Shown: positions 30,619-41,535, counted from the first letter of the stretch. The stretch: 64,000 bases of DNA from an uncultured Gemmatimonadales bacterium (GCA_963730185.1 CAVSQW010000015.1:704001-768000), one strand, 5' to 3'. Notes: generated by a model not told the origin, from the letters alone. Translations and numbers: made by a program.

Positions 30619-32128
30619 GCTGGGTGTACCCGCCCGGAAAGCCGTTCGGATCGTAGACGAAGAGGTGGTTCAGGTTCGGAAACACCTTCATGGTGACGTC
30701 CTTGTCGCCGCCGGCTTTGAACGCCCGGTCCAGCATCGTGGCCTGGTTGGGCGTCACCTGCTGATCGGTCGCGCCCTGAAGGATCAGGACCGGTACCTTG
30801 ACCTTCCTCGCGGTCGGGACGGGGTCGTAGTCGAGGAAGAACTTCGACCAGGGCTGCGTCGCCATCGAATCGACCATGTTGGGGATCTCCTTGAGCAGAG
30901 AGTCCCGCTGCCTGGCGGACAGCTCCTTCGAGTTGGTGAAGCTGTTCTTGAGCTGGAAGTTGATGATGGTCCGCCCGGTGAGTGCCGGTCCGGCCATCAG
31001 CACGATGCCCTTGAGCTTTGGATCGGTCGCCGCCACCATCGGGGCGATCAGGCCCCCCTCGCTGTGCCCCACCAGGCCGAGGCGGGTGCCGTCGATCTCC
31101 GGTCGCTCCCGGAGCCAGGCCAGGCCGGCCCGGATGTCGTTGGCGAAGTCGGCGCTCGTCGCGGTCGCCCCGTTGCCGCCCGAGCCGCCGTAGCCACGGT
31201 CGTCCATCCGGAGTGTCGCGATTCCCCGTCGGGCCAGCGAGTCCGCCACCTGCCGGAAGGGCCGGTAGCCCTCGACGATCGGGAGCGACTCGTCCCGATC
31301 CTCGAGGCCGGAGCCCGTGATCGTCACGATGGCCGGCACCTTGGCGGTGGCGCTCGCGCCGTGGGGCAAGGTGAGAGTACCGGCGAGGGTGTGGCCCATC
31401 GGGGTCGGAACCTTGACCTCGATCGCGTCGTACGGCGCGCCCGGCGGAGCCGAGTAGTCGGGCGCCCGGACCCGGAGGCTGGGCGCTTCGGCGGCCGATA
31501 CCCGGTCGACCGTCAGGTGCTGGGCCGGCATCCCGCCACCGGTGATCCGGCCCTCGGCGTCGACGGCCAGCCGCGCCTCGGCGCCCCCCATGGTGATGAC
31601 CGCCGAGTCGGGCGTGGGCCGGCTCACGGTGATCGGAAAAGTCTTCCCGCCGGCCACCGCGAAGCCGGGCACCTCGTTCTTTCCCGTCGCCTTGGCGCGA
31701 GCCAGCACCAGCTCCATCACCGAGATCGACGGGTTCAGGATCGGGATCGCGCCCGCTTCACTCCCGAGCCGCTGAGTCACGGAATGACCACCGCCCGAGA
31801 TCTCCGCGATCACGCTGTCGCCCGTGAACGTCATCACGGCCGTTTGCCGCGGCTCCGCGCCCACCGTATCGGCCGCCTGCCAATAGGTATTGGTGAGCTT
31901 GGTGACGGACCCGTCCGGCGCCAGATCCGCGGTGAACTTGTAGCGGACGTTGGCCATCTTGAACAGCAGCTCGGCGTCGAGCCGGGTTGGCGTCCGCCTG
32001 AACCGCTCGATCGAGATCGTGTCCGTTGGGGTGTGCAGGATGAAGTACTCGCCCTGCTGGGCCTGGGCCGGGAGCGCGGTGGCCGCCAAGAGGCCGCCAA
32101 CCGCTACTGCGGTAATCCACCTAGTCAT
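30548..32128 (-). CDS. Secreted alpha/beta-fold hydrolase
   Basis: Signal peptide, then GSGLEDRD, DDRG, nucleophile GHSEGG, D.QV and LNHLF. Confidence 0.88.
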   Translation of the reverse strand: MTRWITAVAVGGLLAATALPAQAQQGEYFILHTPTDTISIERFRRTPTRLDAELLFKMANVRYKFTADLAPDGSVTKLTNTYWQAADTVGAEPRQTAVMTFTGDSVIAEISGGGHSVTQRLGSEAGAIPILNPSISVMELVLARAKATGKNEVPGFAVAGGKTFPITVSRPTPDSAVITMGGAEARLAVDAEGRITGGGMPAQHLTVDRVSAAEAPSLRVRAPDYSAPPGAPYDAIEVKVPTPMGHTLAGTLTLPHGASATAKVPAIVTITGSGLEDRDESLPIVEGYRPFRQVADSLARRGIATLRMDDRGYGGSGGNGATATSADFANDIRAGLAWLRERPEIDGTRLGLVGHSEGGLIAPMVAATDPKLKGIVLMAGPALTGRTIINFQLKNSFTNSKELSARQRDSLLKEIPNMVDSMATQPWSKFFLDYDPVPTARKVKVPVLILQGATDQQVTPNQATMLDRAFKAGGDKDVTMKVFPNLNHLFVYDPNGFPGGYTQLKDRAVSRQVIGTLVDWLATHLR

Positions 32129-32225
32129 CGTTCCGTCGTCCCTTCGGTGCCGTCGAGTCTCAAATAGGAACAATCCACTGGATATGAGTAAAGCAAGGGC
32201 GTCATAATGTCAAGCACCCTTTACT

Positions 32226-32675
32226 TTATGGTGTCTTTCCCGGGGCAACCACCACCACCGGTGTAGCCCCCGGCCGCGGACTCACCTCGACCCGGACGCC
32301 GCTCGCCACGTCGGTCAGCCGAAGCGTCGGCACCGCGTCGGTGTTGAGGTTGATCGTCGCGACCGGCTCGCCCTTGGGCGAGATCAGGAGCAAGCCCGGC
32401 CCGCCGTTCGGCGCGAGCCCGAGGTCCAGCCGCATCTGCCCTGTGCTGTCGTACATCGTGAGACCCACGCCGCTCTCCGAGACGCCGAACATGGCACGGA
32501 CCCGTTGCTGTTCGTCGCGGACCAGCCACATCTTTCCCTCGGCGATCGAGGTCCCGCTCCCGAGGAGTCCCCAGGCGAGACTCCCCGCGGCCACCACCAC
32601 CGCGAGCCACGCGAGAATCCGGACCCGCTTGAGTTTGGCTTCGAGCGCCCTGAGGCTCTCCCTCACATCGGTCAT
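32226..32675 (-). CDS. Hypothetical single-TM protein
   Basis: GGGG-type RBS and ATG, a short coiled coil, one TM, then beta-rich D..G..R repeats. Confidence 0.65.
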   Translation of the reverse strand: MTDVRESLRALEAKLKRVRILAWLAVVVAAGSLAWGLLGSGTSIAEGKMWLVRDEQQRVRAMFGVSESGVGLTMYDSTGQMRLDLGLAPNGGPGLLLISPKGEPVATINLNTDAVPTLRLTDVASGVRVEVSPRPGATPVVVVAPGKTP

Positions 32676-32860
32676 CGACGCCCCCCCGTGGTAGTCGCCC
32701 GGATTCTACGTCTTCCCGTGGTCAGCCACCACTCGCCTGCGCCCGTTCGCGTCCCGGTTCCGACTCACCACTCCCCAATGACTCACCCTATATTGGGTCG
32801 TGGTACGCCGTATCGCGTCGGAAAGTCGGGACCCCTTCATCGCCCTCAGCCACCGGTCTC

Positions 32861-34081
<1,221 letters not shown>

Positions 34082-34090
34082 GGGATTCCT

Positions 34091-34119
34091 TTCCCCTAAA
34101 CGTCCAATCGACATATATT
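34091..34119 (+). promoter_or_regulatory. Putative sigma70 promoter for the RNase E/G transcript
   Basis: TTCCCC-N17-TATATT in a locally AT-rich patch. Confidence 0.45.
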
Positions 34120-34538
34120 TGCGGGCATGCAGCCCGCGTTCCTCTCTTCGTCCCGGCAGGTGCGGCGGCGCCTTCCCGCGCCGCCCGGCTGGGCCGCTCG
34201 GCTGCTCAAGGTTGCTCATCGTCTCTTCCGGGCCCCCCTGGTTGGCGGGGCCCGTCGCAGTGCGTCTCCTCCGGATGACCATCGCGCGCGCGCGGCGCGC
34301 CGGACCACGGCCGGGCCCATCGTCCCGGTCGCCGTCCGGCCACCGAGCCCGCGTGCCCCGGAGGCCGTACTGCGCGGCCCGGCGCCCTGGCCTTGGACGG
34401 CCCGACGCCCGGCGAGGCCCGGAAGACCTTCATGGCGCCCGGCCGAAGGCCGGCTTGCCACCAACCTCCGAATGACTGGACCGACCCCCTCGCCCGCCAG
34501 CGGGCTCGACCTGGGCGGTCCGGCGAAGGACCGATCGC

Positions 34539-36200
34539 GTGAAGCGCGAGATTCTCATCACCAGTGGTGCCCGGGAGACTCGGGTGGCCATTCTCGAGGA
34601 CGACCGCCTGGCCGAGCTCATGGTGGATCGTCCCGACCGGCGCCGGATCGTGGGCGACATCTATCTCGGACGGGTGGACGCCGTGCTGCCTGGGATCCAG
34701 GCGGCCTTCGTCGACATCGGCCTCGAGAAGAGCGCCTTTCTGCACGCGTCGGATCTGCTCGAGCCTGACGAGGACGAAGAGCCGAGCGACAAGGCCGACG
34801 ACGAGGTTCCCGATCCCGACGAGGCGGTCGAGGCCGCGACCGCCGACGGGGCCGACGAGGACGAGACCAAGGGCGGCACCAACGGGCGCGGGCGGCGCGG
34901 CGGCCGGAACGGCGGCTCCGAGGGGCGCCAGCGCGAGGTCGGCCGCCGGGCCCTTCCCAACATCGCCGAGATCGTCAAGAAGGGGCAGACCCTCCCGGTT
35001 CAGGTGATCAAGGAGCCCATCAGCACCAAGGGCTGCCGGGTTACCGCCCAGATCTCCCTCCCGGGCCGGTTTCTGGTCTACATGCCGTACGCCTCGCGCG
35101 TCGGCGTGAGCCGGAAGATCGAGAGCCGCGAGCAGCGGGCTCGGCTGCGGGAGATCGTCACCCGCCTGCTCCCGCCCGACTCCGGCGGCGTGATCGTCCG
35201 GACCGTCGCCGAGGGGGTCACCGAGGACCACTTCAAGCGCGAGATCGAGTCGCTCGTCGGGCAGTGGAAGAAGATCAAACGGAAACAGACCTACGTCCGC
35301 CGGCCGCCCGCGTTGCTTCAGCGCGAGGCCAGCCTGACTCGGGGCCTGATCCGTGACGTCTTCTCCGACAAGGTCGACTCGCTCTGGGTCGATTCCAAGG
35401 AGATTCACCTCGAGATCGAGCAGTACCTGGAGCAGGTGGATCCCGAGCTCCAGAGCCGGGTCCATGGGTACGACGATCCGCTCCCGCTGTTCGACAAGTT
35501 CGGGATCGAAGCCGAGATCAAGAAGCTCTTCCAGACCAGGGTGGAGCTCGCCACCGGCGGGTCGCTGGTGATCCAGCCGACCGAGGCCCTGGTCTCGATC
35601 GACGTCAACACCGGCCGCTACACCGGCAAGAAGGATCCCGAAAAGACCATCCTCAGGACCAACCTGGAGGCCGCCCGCGAGATCGCCCGCCAGCTCCGCC
35701 TCCGGGACCTCGGCGGCATCATCGTCTGCGATTTCATCGACATGGAGTCGCGGGGCAACCGCGAAAAGGTGCTCCAGGAGCTCCGGACCCACCTCGGGCG
35801 CGATCGGGCCCGGACCAAGGCCCTCGCCGTGTCGGACCTGGGGTTGGTGGAGATGACCCGGCAGCGGGTCCGGTCCTCGCTCCACGCCTCGATGACCACC
35901 GAGTGTCCGGACTGCCGCGGTACCGGCCGGGTCTTCACCCCCGAGGTCGTCTCCCGCCGGGTGGAGCGCTCCCTCCGGCGGGTGGCGCTGGAGAAGCGCG
36001 AGAAGCAGATCACCGTCAGGATCCACCCCGAGGTGGCGATCTATCTCCGGGAGGAAGAGCCCAAGCTGATCAACGGGCTCAAGAAGTCCCTGAGCCTCGA
36101 TGTCGAGGTCCGCGACGACCCCACCATCCACGCCGACGAGTACAAGCTGATGAGCCGGCCGTCGGGACGGGACCTGACCGAGCAATACGCCGTGGCGTAG
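34539..36200 (+). CDS. Ribonuclease E/G family
   Basis: Motifs GDIYLGRV..VLPGIQAAFVDIG, VQVIKEP..KG, IDVNTG, RQLRLRDLGGIIVCDFIDM and CPDC.GTG. Confidence 0.95.
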   Translation: MKREILITSGARETRVAILEDDRLAELMVDRPDRRRIVGDIYLGRVDAVLPGIQAAFVDIGLEKSAFLHASDLLEPDEDEEPSDKADDEVPDPDEAVEAATADGADEDETKGGTNGRGRRGGRNGGSEGRQREVGRRALPNIAEIVKKGQTLPVQVIKEPISTKGCRVTAQISLPGRFLVYMPYASRVGVSRKIESREQRARLREIVTRLLPPDSGGVIVRTVAEGVTEDHFKREIESLVGQWKKIKRKQTYVRRPPALLQREASLTRGLIRDVFSDKVDSLWVDSKEIHLEIEQYLEQVDPELQSRVHGYDDPLPLFDKFGIEAEIKKLFQTRVELATGGSLVIQPTEALVSIDVNTGRYTGKKDPEKTILRTNLEAAREIARQLRLRDLGGIIVCDFIDMESRGNREKVLQELRTHLGRDRARTKALAVSDLGLVEMTRQRVRSSLHASMTTECPDCRGTGRVFTPEVVSRRVERSLRRVALEKREKQITVRIHPEVAIYLREEEPKLINGLKKSLSLDVEVRDDPTIHADEYKLMSRPSGRDLTEQYAVA

Positions 36201-36208
36201 CCGGGGGC

Positions 36209-36237
36209 TTGCCTGAAATCGGCCAGACATATAGCTT
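36209..36237 (+). promoter_or_regulatory. Putative sigma70 promoter of rplU-rpmA
   Basis: TTGCCT-N17-TAGCTT, 33 nt upstream of the rplU ATG. Confidence 0.6.
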
Positions 36238-36270
36238 TACGGGCTTTCATGCCCTCTTGGATTCGAGACG

Positions 36271-36585
36271 ATGTACGCGATCTTCAAAGCGCTCGGCCAC
36301 CAGTTCAAGGCCCAGAAGGGTGCCACCCTCCGCCTTCCGCTCATGGAAGCGGAGCCGGGGAGCACCGTGACCTTCGACGAGGTGCTGCTCACCTCCGACG
36401 GCGAGACCGTGCGCGCCGGTACGCCGACCGTGCCCAACGCCGCCGTGGTGGCTGAGGTCATCGGCGAGGCCAAGGGCGACAAGATCTACGTCTTCAAGTT
36501 CAAGCGCCGGAAGAACTATCGGCGGAAGACCGGCCATCGGCAGAAGTACACCGAGGTCCGGATCACCGACGTGAAGGTGGGTTGA
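36271..36585 (+). CDS. rplU: 50S ribosomal protein L21
   Basis: [13 protein letters not shown]...[19 protein letters not shown]. Confidence 0.97.
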   Translation: MYAIFKALGHQFKAQKGATLRLPLMEAEPGSTVTFDEVLLTSDGETVRAGTPTVPNAAVVAEVIGEAKGDKIYVFKFKRRKNYRRKTGHRQKYTEVRITDVKVG

Positions 36586-36589
36586 CGAC

Positions 36590-36865
36590 ATGGCACACAA
36601 GAAGGGCGTCGGCTCCTCGCGGAACGGCCGAACCAGCAATCCGAAGTACCTCGGCATCAAGCGCTTCGGCGGCGAGAACGTGCTTGCCGGCAACATCATC
36701 CTCAAGCAGCGCGGCACCCGGTTCCATCCGGGCAGGAACGTCGCCCGCGGCCGCGACGATACCCTCTTTGCCCTCACCGACGGCGTGGTCCAGTTCGAGT
36801 GGAAGGACAAGGGCCGGAAGAAGGTGTCGGTCTATCCCGCGGCCACGGAAGCGGCCGCTGGATGA
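36590..36865 (+). CDS. rpmA: 50S ribosomal protein L27
   Basis: [31 protein letters not shown]. Confidence 0.98.
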   Translation: MAHKKGVGSSRNGRTSNPKYLGIKRFGGENVLAGNIILKQRGTRFHPGRNVARGRDDTLFALTDGVVQFEWKDKGRKKVSVYPAATEAAAG

Positions 36866-37050
36866 CGGGGAGGGATGGGACGGACGAGGGGTGATTGGGG
36901 GAGAGGGACACACGACGAGGCGCCTGCATGGCGCCTCGTGACGTTGGTAACCTGACCGAGCCAGTGCGCCACCTTCCCCCAGACTCCGCCAGCCCCTCCC
37001 GATCCCTCCCCGTCCCTCCCGATCCCTCCCCAATCCCTCCCCGTCCCTTC
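36864..37050. repeat. Bipartite inverted decamer array with an internal perfect hairpin
   Basis: G-rich arm (GACGGGGAGG, GACGAGGGGT, GATTGGGGGA), then hairpin ACGAGGCGCC-TGCAT-GGCGCCTCGT at 36915-36939, then a C-rich arm of GATCCCTCCC/CGTCCCTCCC/AATCCCTCCC units. Confidence 0.75.
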
Positions 37051-37051
37051 C

Positions 37052-37078
37052 TGAAACCTTCCCCGACTACCTTCCGTC
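37052..37078 (+). promoter_or_regulatory. Putative ECF-sigma promoter
   Basis: TGAAAC-N17-CGTC, upstream of the 37113 gene. Confidence 0.5.
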
Positions 37079-37112
37079 AGTCTGACACCGCTTGCCACCG
37101 GGAGATTGCCTC

Positions 37113-37472
37113 ATGAGCACCATCTTCGATCGCTTCCGCGACGAGATCGACCAAATCGGAGATCGGGTCCGAGATGCGGTCGAATCCAGCAAGCTGCACC
37201 TCGATCGGAGCAAGTACGTAGGACTCCGGAGCAAGGCCGCCTACAAGCTGGGCATGTTGATCTACAAGCGGGAGCGGGGCACCATCGTCGAGCAGGGCGA
37301 GGTCGATACCCTGATCACCGAGCTCGACGAGATCAGCGGCAAGATCGCCGAGATCGATCGCAAGCTCGAGGGCCTCTGTGATGACGACGCCGAGGCCGAG
37401 GCCGAGGTGAAAGTAGAGGAGCAGCCGGCGCCGCCGACCACCCCGGGCGATGCCGAGGTGTCCGGCGGCTGA
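37113..37472 (+). CDS. Hypothetical coiled-coil protein with acidic tail
   Basis: GGGAG RBS and helical heptad content (ELDEISGKIAEIDRKLE). Confidence 0.7.
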   Translation: MSTIFDRFRDEIDQIGDRVRDAVESSKLHLDRSKYVGLRSKAAYKLGMLIYKRERGTIVEQGEVDTLITELDEISGKIAEIDRKLEGLCDDDAEAEAEVKVEEQPAPPTTPGDAEVSGG

Positions 37473-37487
37473 CCGACTCGGGGCCAG

Positions 37488-38771
37488 CTATCGGGACGGC
37501 GGCAGCGTCCGATAGCGGTCCCGAAGCTCGTTCTCGCGGGTCCGGAGCGACGTCTCCCGGCCACGAACGAAGACCTTCTCGGCGACCGAGGCGAACTCGA
37601 ACGGGTCGCCCGACCACACCACCACGTTGCCCACCCGCCCGGGCTGGAGCGAGCCGTACCGATCGCTCAGCCCGAACGTCTCCGCCGGCCAGAGCGTGAT
37701 CGACTTGAGGGCATCGTCCCAGCTCATGCCGTTCCGAACGGCGTTCCCCGCCGCGAAGCGAAGGTTCCGCTCCCCACCCGGATCACCCTGCGCGATCACC
37801 ACCTTGACCCCGGCCTGTCGGAGCAGGGTGGCGTTGTCGAGCCGGGCGCCCAGCCCGTCGAAGCTCGGGATGTCCGTGTTGGGCTCCATCACCACGGGCA
37901 CGTTGGCGCGGGCCAGCTCGTCGGCCACCTGCCAGGCCTCGACCCCGCTCCCGAGAATCATCTTGAGCCTGTAGTCGCGGGCCACCCGGAGCGCGTTCTC
38001 GATGTCCATCCGCCGGTTGGCGACGATGAGCACCGGCTCCGTCCCCTTGAGGGCGGGGAGCAGGGCCTCGAGCTCGGCGGCCGGGGCCGACAGGTCCTGC
38101 ATCGCGTCCCGTCGGAAGTCGGCCCGGCGCCGGTCGAGCTCCTTGGCGTCGTCGAAGAGCTGGCGGAGCCGATCGATCACGCCGGCCCGACTGCCACCGC
38201 CGGCCGAGCGGCTGTCGCCGGTCAGGTCGACGATCAGGGCGACCGGCGACTTGATCATCATGCTGTCCACGTTGTCGCCGGCCAGGTCGATCGCCAGCGA
38301 CTGACCCGGCAGGAAGCTCCCGCCCGGGTTCACGATCCCGGTGGTGATCCCGCCGGTTCGGGCGATCGGGATCCGGAACGCGCCCGGATCGATTCCGTAG
38401 AGCGGGTTGAACGAGGGCGTGACGTCGCCCTGCTTCCGCGATTCGTTGAGGGCGAAGAGGCCGGCCACGCCGGTGCCGGCCTGGGTGGACGCGTGGATCA
38501 GCCCCGGCGTCACCCACTTGCCGGTGGCGTCCACCACTTGGGCGCCGGCCGGCACGCTCACGTTGGCCCCCACGGCCGTGATCCGGCCGTTGGTGATGAC
38601 CACCGTGCCCCGGTCGATCTTGGGTCCTGACACGGGGTAGACCGTCCCCCCGGTGATCGCAATCGTCTGGGCGCTTCCCGGCGCGGCCGCCAGGCCGAGC
38701 ATCGCGAGTACCGCGAAAGCCGGGCCCACCCGCCCGTCCAGCCGTCCGCCCGCCAATCCGTCCGTCTTCAT
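37488..38771 (-). CDS. Secreted amidohydrolase-family protein with degenerate metal site
   Basis: Amidohydrolase scaffold ([26 protein letters not shown]), but HxH is replaced by IHASTQ. ATGA-coupled to the upstream paralogue. Confidence 0.82.
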   Translation of the reverse strand: MKTDGLAGGRLDGRVGPAFAVLAMLGLAAAPGSAQTIAITGGTVYPVSGPKIDRGTVVITNGRITAVGANVSVPAGAQVVDATGKWVTPGLIHASTQAGTGVAGLFALNESRKQGDVTPSFNPLYGIDPGAFRIPIARTGGITTGIVNPGGSFLPGQSLAIDLAGDNVDSMMIKSPVALIVDLTGDSRSAGGGSRAGVIDRLRQLFDDAKELDRRRADFRRDAMQDLSAPAAELEALLPALKGTEPVLIVANRRMDIENALRVARDYRLKMILGSGVEAWQVADELARANVPVVMEPNTDIPSFDGLGARLDNATLLRQAGVKVVIAQGDPGGERNLRFAAGNAVRNGMSWDDALKSITLWPAETFGLSDRYGSLQPGRVGNVVVWSGDPFEFASVAEKVFVRGRETSLRTRENELRDRYRTLPPSR

Positions 38772-40204
38772 CGTCCCACCCCCGGCTCGGTCTGCCCTAG
38801 GTTGAAATCGGTCTTGTACTGATGGGCCTTGTCGAGCCGGTCGAACGCCAGCCAGCCCTCGTTCCAGACCTTCTCGGCCTTGGTGTAGACGGAGAAGGGA
38901 TCGCCCGACCAAAGCACGACGTCGGCCTTCTTGCCGGCCTCGAGGGTGCCCGTCTCCTGGTCGAGGCCGAGCACCCAGGCCGGGTTCGCGGTGATCCACT
39001 TGAGGGCCTGGTCGCGGCTGATGCTGATGCCGGCGTGGATTCCCGAGAACATCGCCTTGGCGGCGTCCTGGTTCATCCGCTGGATCCCATTCGGGTCGTC
39101 GGTGTGAATGACCGCCCGGGCGCCGGCCGCGGTGATCATCGCTGCGTTCTCGGGGATCTCGTCGAACGCCTCCATCTTGAAGCCGCCCCAGTCGGACCAG
39201 ACCGACGCGGCGGTGCCCGCCTGGGCCAGCAGGTCGGCGATCTTGTAGCCCTCCACCGCGTGGTGGAACGAGCGGATCTTGAAGCCGAACTCACGGGCCA
39301 GGTCGAGCATCTGCGCCATCTCGTCGGCCCGGTAGCAGTGGTTCTGGACGTAGATGTCGCCCCGGAGGACGCCGGCCAGGCTCTCGAGCTTGAGGTCGCG
39401 GGCGGGCGGGGGCCCCTTCCGGTCCTTCTCCCACTTGTCCCAGCGCTCCCGGTACTGCTCGGCCTGGATGAAGGCGGCCCGGTAGCCCGCCATGTTGCCC
39501 ATCCGGGTCGAAGGCCCGCGGTTCTGGTAGACCCGCTTCGGGTTCTCGCCGCAGGCCATCTTGAGCCCGTAGCGCGCGCCCGGGTACTTCATCTCCTGTA
39601 CGGTCCGGGCGGGCACCAGCCGGACGATGGCCGAACGGCCCCCGATCAGGTTGGCGGAGCCGGGAAGAATCTCGGCGGTGGTTACCCCGCCGGCGATTGC
39701 CAGGGGGATCTGCGGATCCTGCGGCCAGATCGAATGCTCGGCCCAGACCTCCGCGGTGACCGGATTGGTCGCTTCGTTGCCGTCCGACTCGGCCTGGGTG
39801 CCGGGGGCGGCGTAGACGCCCATGTGGCTGTGGGTGTCGATCAGGCCCGGGGTGACGTACTTGCCGGTCCCGTCGATCACCACCGTGCCGGGCGGGGTCG
39901 CCGGCGCCGAGGTCCCGACGCTCACGATCTTGCCGTCCTGGAGCAGGATCGAGCCGTTCTGGATCTCCTGCCCGGTCGCCGTCATGATGGTGGCGTTTCG
40001 GATCAGGACTGGGGCATTGGACCGCCGGTGGTAGGTGGAGGGATACTGGGGCCGATCGAAGCTGAGGGTGTCGGTAAACCGCTCGGCCTGGGGCTTCTCC
40101 TGCATGGCCGGCTGCGGTTCGGGGGTCGGCTTCGATTGGGCCCCGGCGCGAGCACACGCTGCGAGGCCGACTAGGCCGAGCAGCCGGAACAGTCTCCGGT
40201 TCAT
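38768..40204 (-). CDS. Amidohydrolase-family lipoprotein
   Basis: Lipobox LAAC, then PGLIDTHSH, KMACGENP, NHCYR, HHAVE and IHTD. Confidence 0.9.
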   Translation of the reverse strand: MNRRLFRLLGLVGLAACARAGAQSKPTPEPQPAMQEKPQAERFTDTLSFDRPQYPSTYHRRSNAPVLIRNATIMTATGQEIQNGSILLQDGKIVSVGTSAPATPPGTVVIDGTGKYVTPGLIDTHSHMGVYAAPGTQAESDGNEATNPVTAEVWAEHSIWPQDPQIPLAIAGGVTTAEILPGSANLIGGRSAIVRLVPARTVQEMKYPGARYGLKMACGENPKRVYQNRGPSTRMGNMAGYRAAFIQAEQYRERWDKWEKDRKGPPPARDLKLESLAGVLRGDIYVQNHCYRADEMAQMLDLAREFGFKIRSFHHAVEGYKIADLLAQAGTAASVWSDWGGFKMEAFDEIPENAAMITAAGARAVIHTDDPNGIQRMNQDAAKAMFSGIHAGISISRDQALKWITANPAWVLGLDQETGTLEAGKKADVVLWSGDPFSVYTKAEKVWNEGWLAFDRLDKAHQYKTDFNLGQTEPGVGR

Positions 40205-40449
40205 GAGCGTCACTCGAGGGTTGGGGGTGATACGACGGCGATGCGGAGCTCCGCCGCAGACTCGCCAATCTAACCGGAACGCGGCCGATCGCGAGGGATT
40301 CCCGGTTTGTCCGATTTCCACAAGCAAACTCGTACCTCACTTCACCTTGTAATGCGCAAGCTATTACCTGACAATTGGTTGTGTTATCATTTCGAGATCG
40401 AAGGCGAACCGGATCCAGGCGCCGGCATCCGCCCGCCTTGCGGTCGGGA

Positions 40450-40475
40450 TTTAACGGTGCGCCTCGATCCACGTC
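40450..40475 (+). promoter_or_regulatory. Putative autoregulatory ECF promoter
   Basis: TTTAAC-N16-CGTC, 13 nt before the sigma ATG. Confidence 0.55.
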
Positions 40476-40488
40476 ACCTTGGCGGCCG

Positions 40489-41019
40489 ATGACAGACCGG
40501 ACCGATGAAGAGCTGGTCGCCGCCTATGAGGCTGGAGAGGAAGAGGCAGCCGCGGAGCTGGTCCGGCGTCATGCGGGCCCGGTCGCCCGCTACCTCTACG
40601 CTTCGGGTTCCCAGGCGGCCGACGTGGACGACCTGGTGCAGGAGGCGCTCTTCAAGGCCTTTCGGGCGCTCGGGTCGTGGCGGCGTGAAGGGTCCTTTCG
40701 CGGCTGGCTGCTCCGGATCGCCTCGAACCAGCGGAAGGACGAGTTCCGTCGCCGGAAGGGGCGGATCTCGCTGCCGATCGAGGAGCACGACCTCCCGGAC
40801 CTGGCCGATCCCGAAGGCGAGACCGACGCCCGGGAGTTGGAGCGCCGGATGCTGGAGGAGCTGGAGCGGCTCCCGCGGCTCCAGCGGGAGGTTTTCCTGC
40901 TCCGGGCGCAGCAGGGGCTCGAGTACGGAGAGATCTGCGACCGGCTGGGGACGACGCCGGGCGCGGCGCGGGTTCACTATCATCATGCGGTGAAGCGGTT
41001 GAAGGAGCTGGCCAAGTGA
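40489..41019 (+). CDS. ECF RNA polymerase sigma factor
   Basis: Region 2 DDLVQEALFKA..FRGWLLRIASN. Region 4 LPRLQREVFLL..GLEYGEI. Confidence 0.93.
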   Translation: MTDRTDEELVAAYEAGEEEAAAELVRRHAGPVARYLYASGSQAADVDDLVQEALFKAFRALGSWRREGSFRGWLLRIASNQRKDEFRRRKGRISLPIEEHDLPDLADPEGETDARELERRMLEELERLPRLQREVFLLRAQQGLEYGEICDRLGTTPGAARVHYHHAVKRLKELAK

Positions 41020-41531
41020 CCGAATGCCATCAGTTGTCCGATCGAATCATCGACGTGGTCCACGGCGGCGGGAGCTGGACCGCCGCCGAGGCCGAGCACC
41101 TGGCCGGGTGCGCCGAGTGCCGGCGGGAGCGCGCGCTGATCGAGGCAACGGCCGGGGTCGGGGCCGCGCTCCCGGTCGACGCCGCTGGGATGGCCCGGCG
41201 GGTGAGCGCTCGGCTGGCGGCCCAGCCCGCCGCGGCGATCCGGCTTCCGGCTCGACGGGTGTTCCGGTGGGCCGGCGTGTTGGCTGCCGCGGCGATTCTG
41301 GTCTTGGCGGTCCGCTTCGAGGCGGGCCGGCGGTCGGCGCCGACCGCGGCGGTTTCCGACAGCACCATCGTGCTGGGTGAGCTCGATGACCTGAACGCCA
41401 CGGAACTCGCCGACGTGCTCGACGAGATGCCGGCCCCGTCCCGTCAGGCGACCATGCCGAGTGGGGTGGCGGGGATGAGTGATCTGTCGGCCGACGAGCT
41501 TCAGCAGGTTCTCGAGGCTTGGGGAGGATGA
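41016..41531 (+). CDS. Zinc-finger anti-sigma factor (ZAS) with TM helix
   Basis: HLAGCAEC (HxxxCxxC) and one TM. GTGA overlap with the sigma gene. Confidence 0.8.
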   Translation: MTECHQLSDRIIDVVHGGGSWTAAEAEHLAGCAECRRERALIEATAGVGAALPVDAAGMARRVSARLAAQPAAAIRLPARRVFRWAGVLAAAAILVLAVRFEAGRRSAPTAAVSDSTIVLGELDDLNATELADVLDEMPAPSRQATMPSGVAGMSDLSADELQQVLEAWGG

Positions 41532-41535
41532 CGGT

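Noticed and set aside
32720..32790. Fifth heptamer array (CTCACCA CTCCCCA ... CTCACCC)
   Set aside because: Only 2-3 C-type units are present and there is no matching G-rich arm. It is at most a relic.
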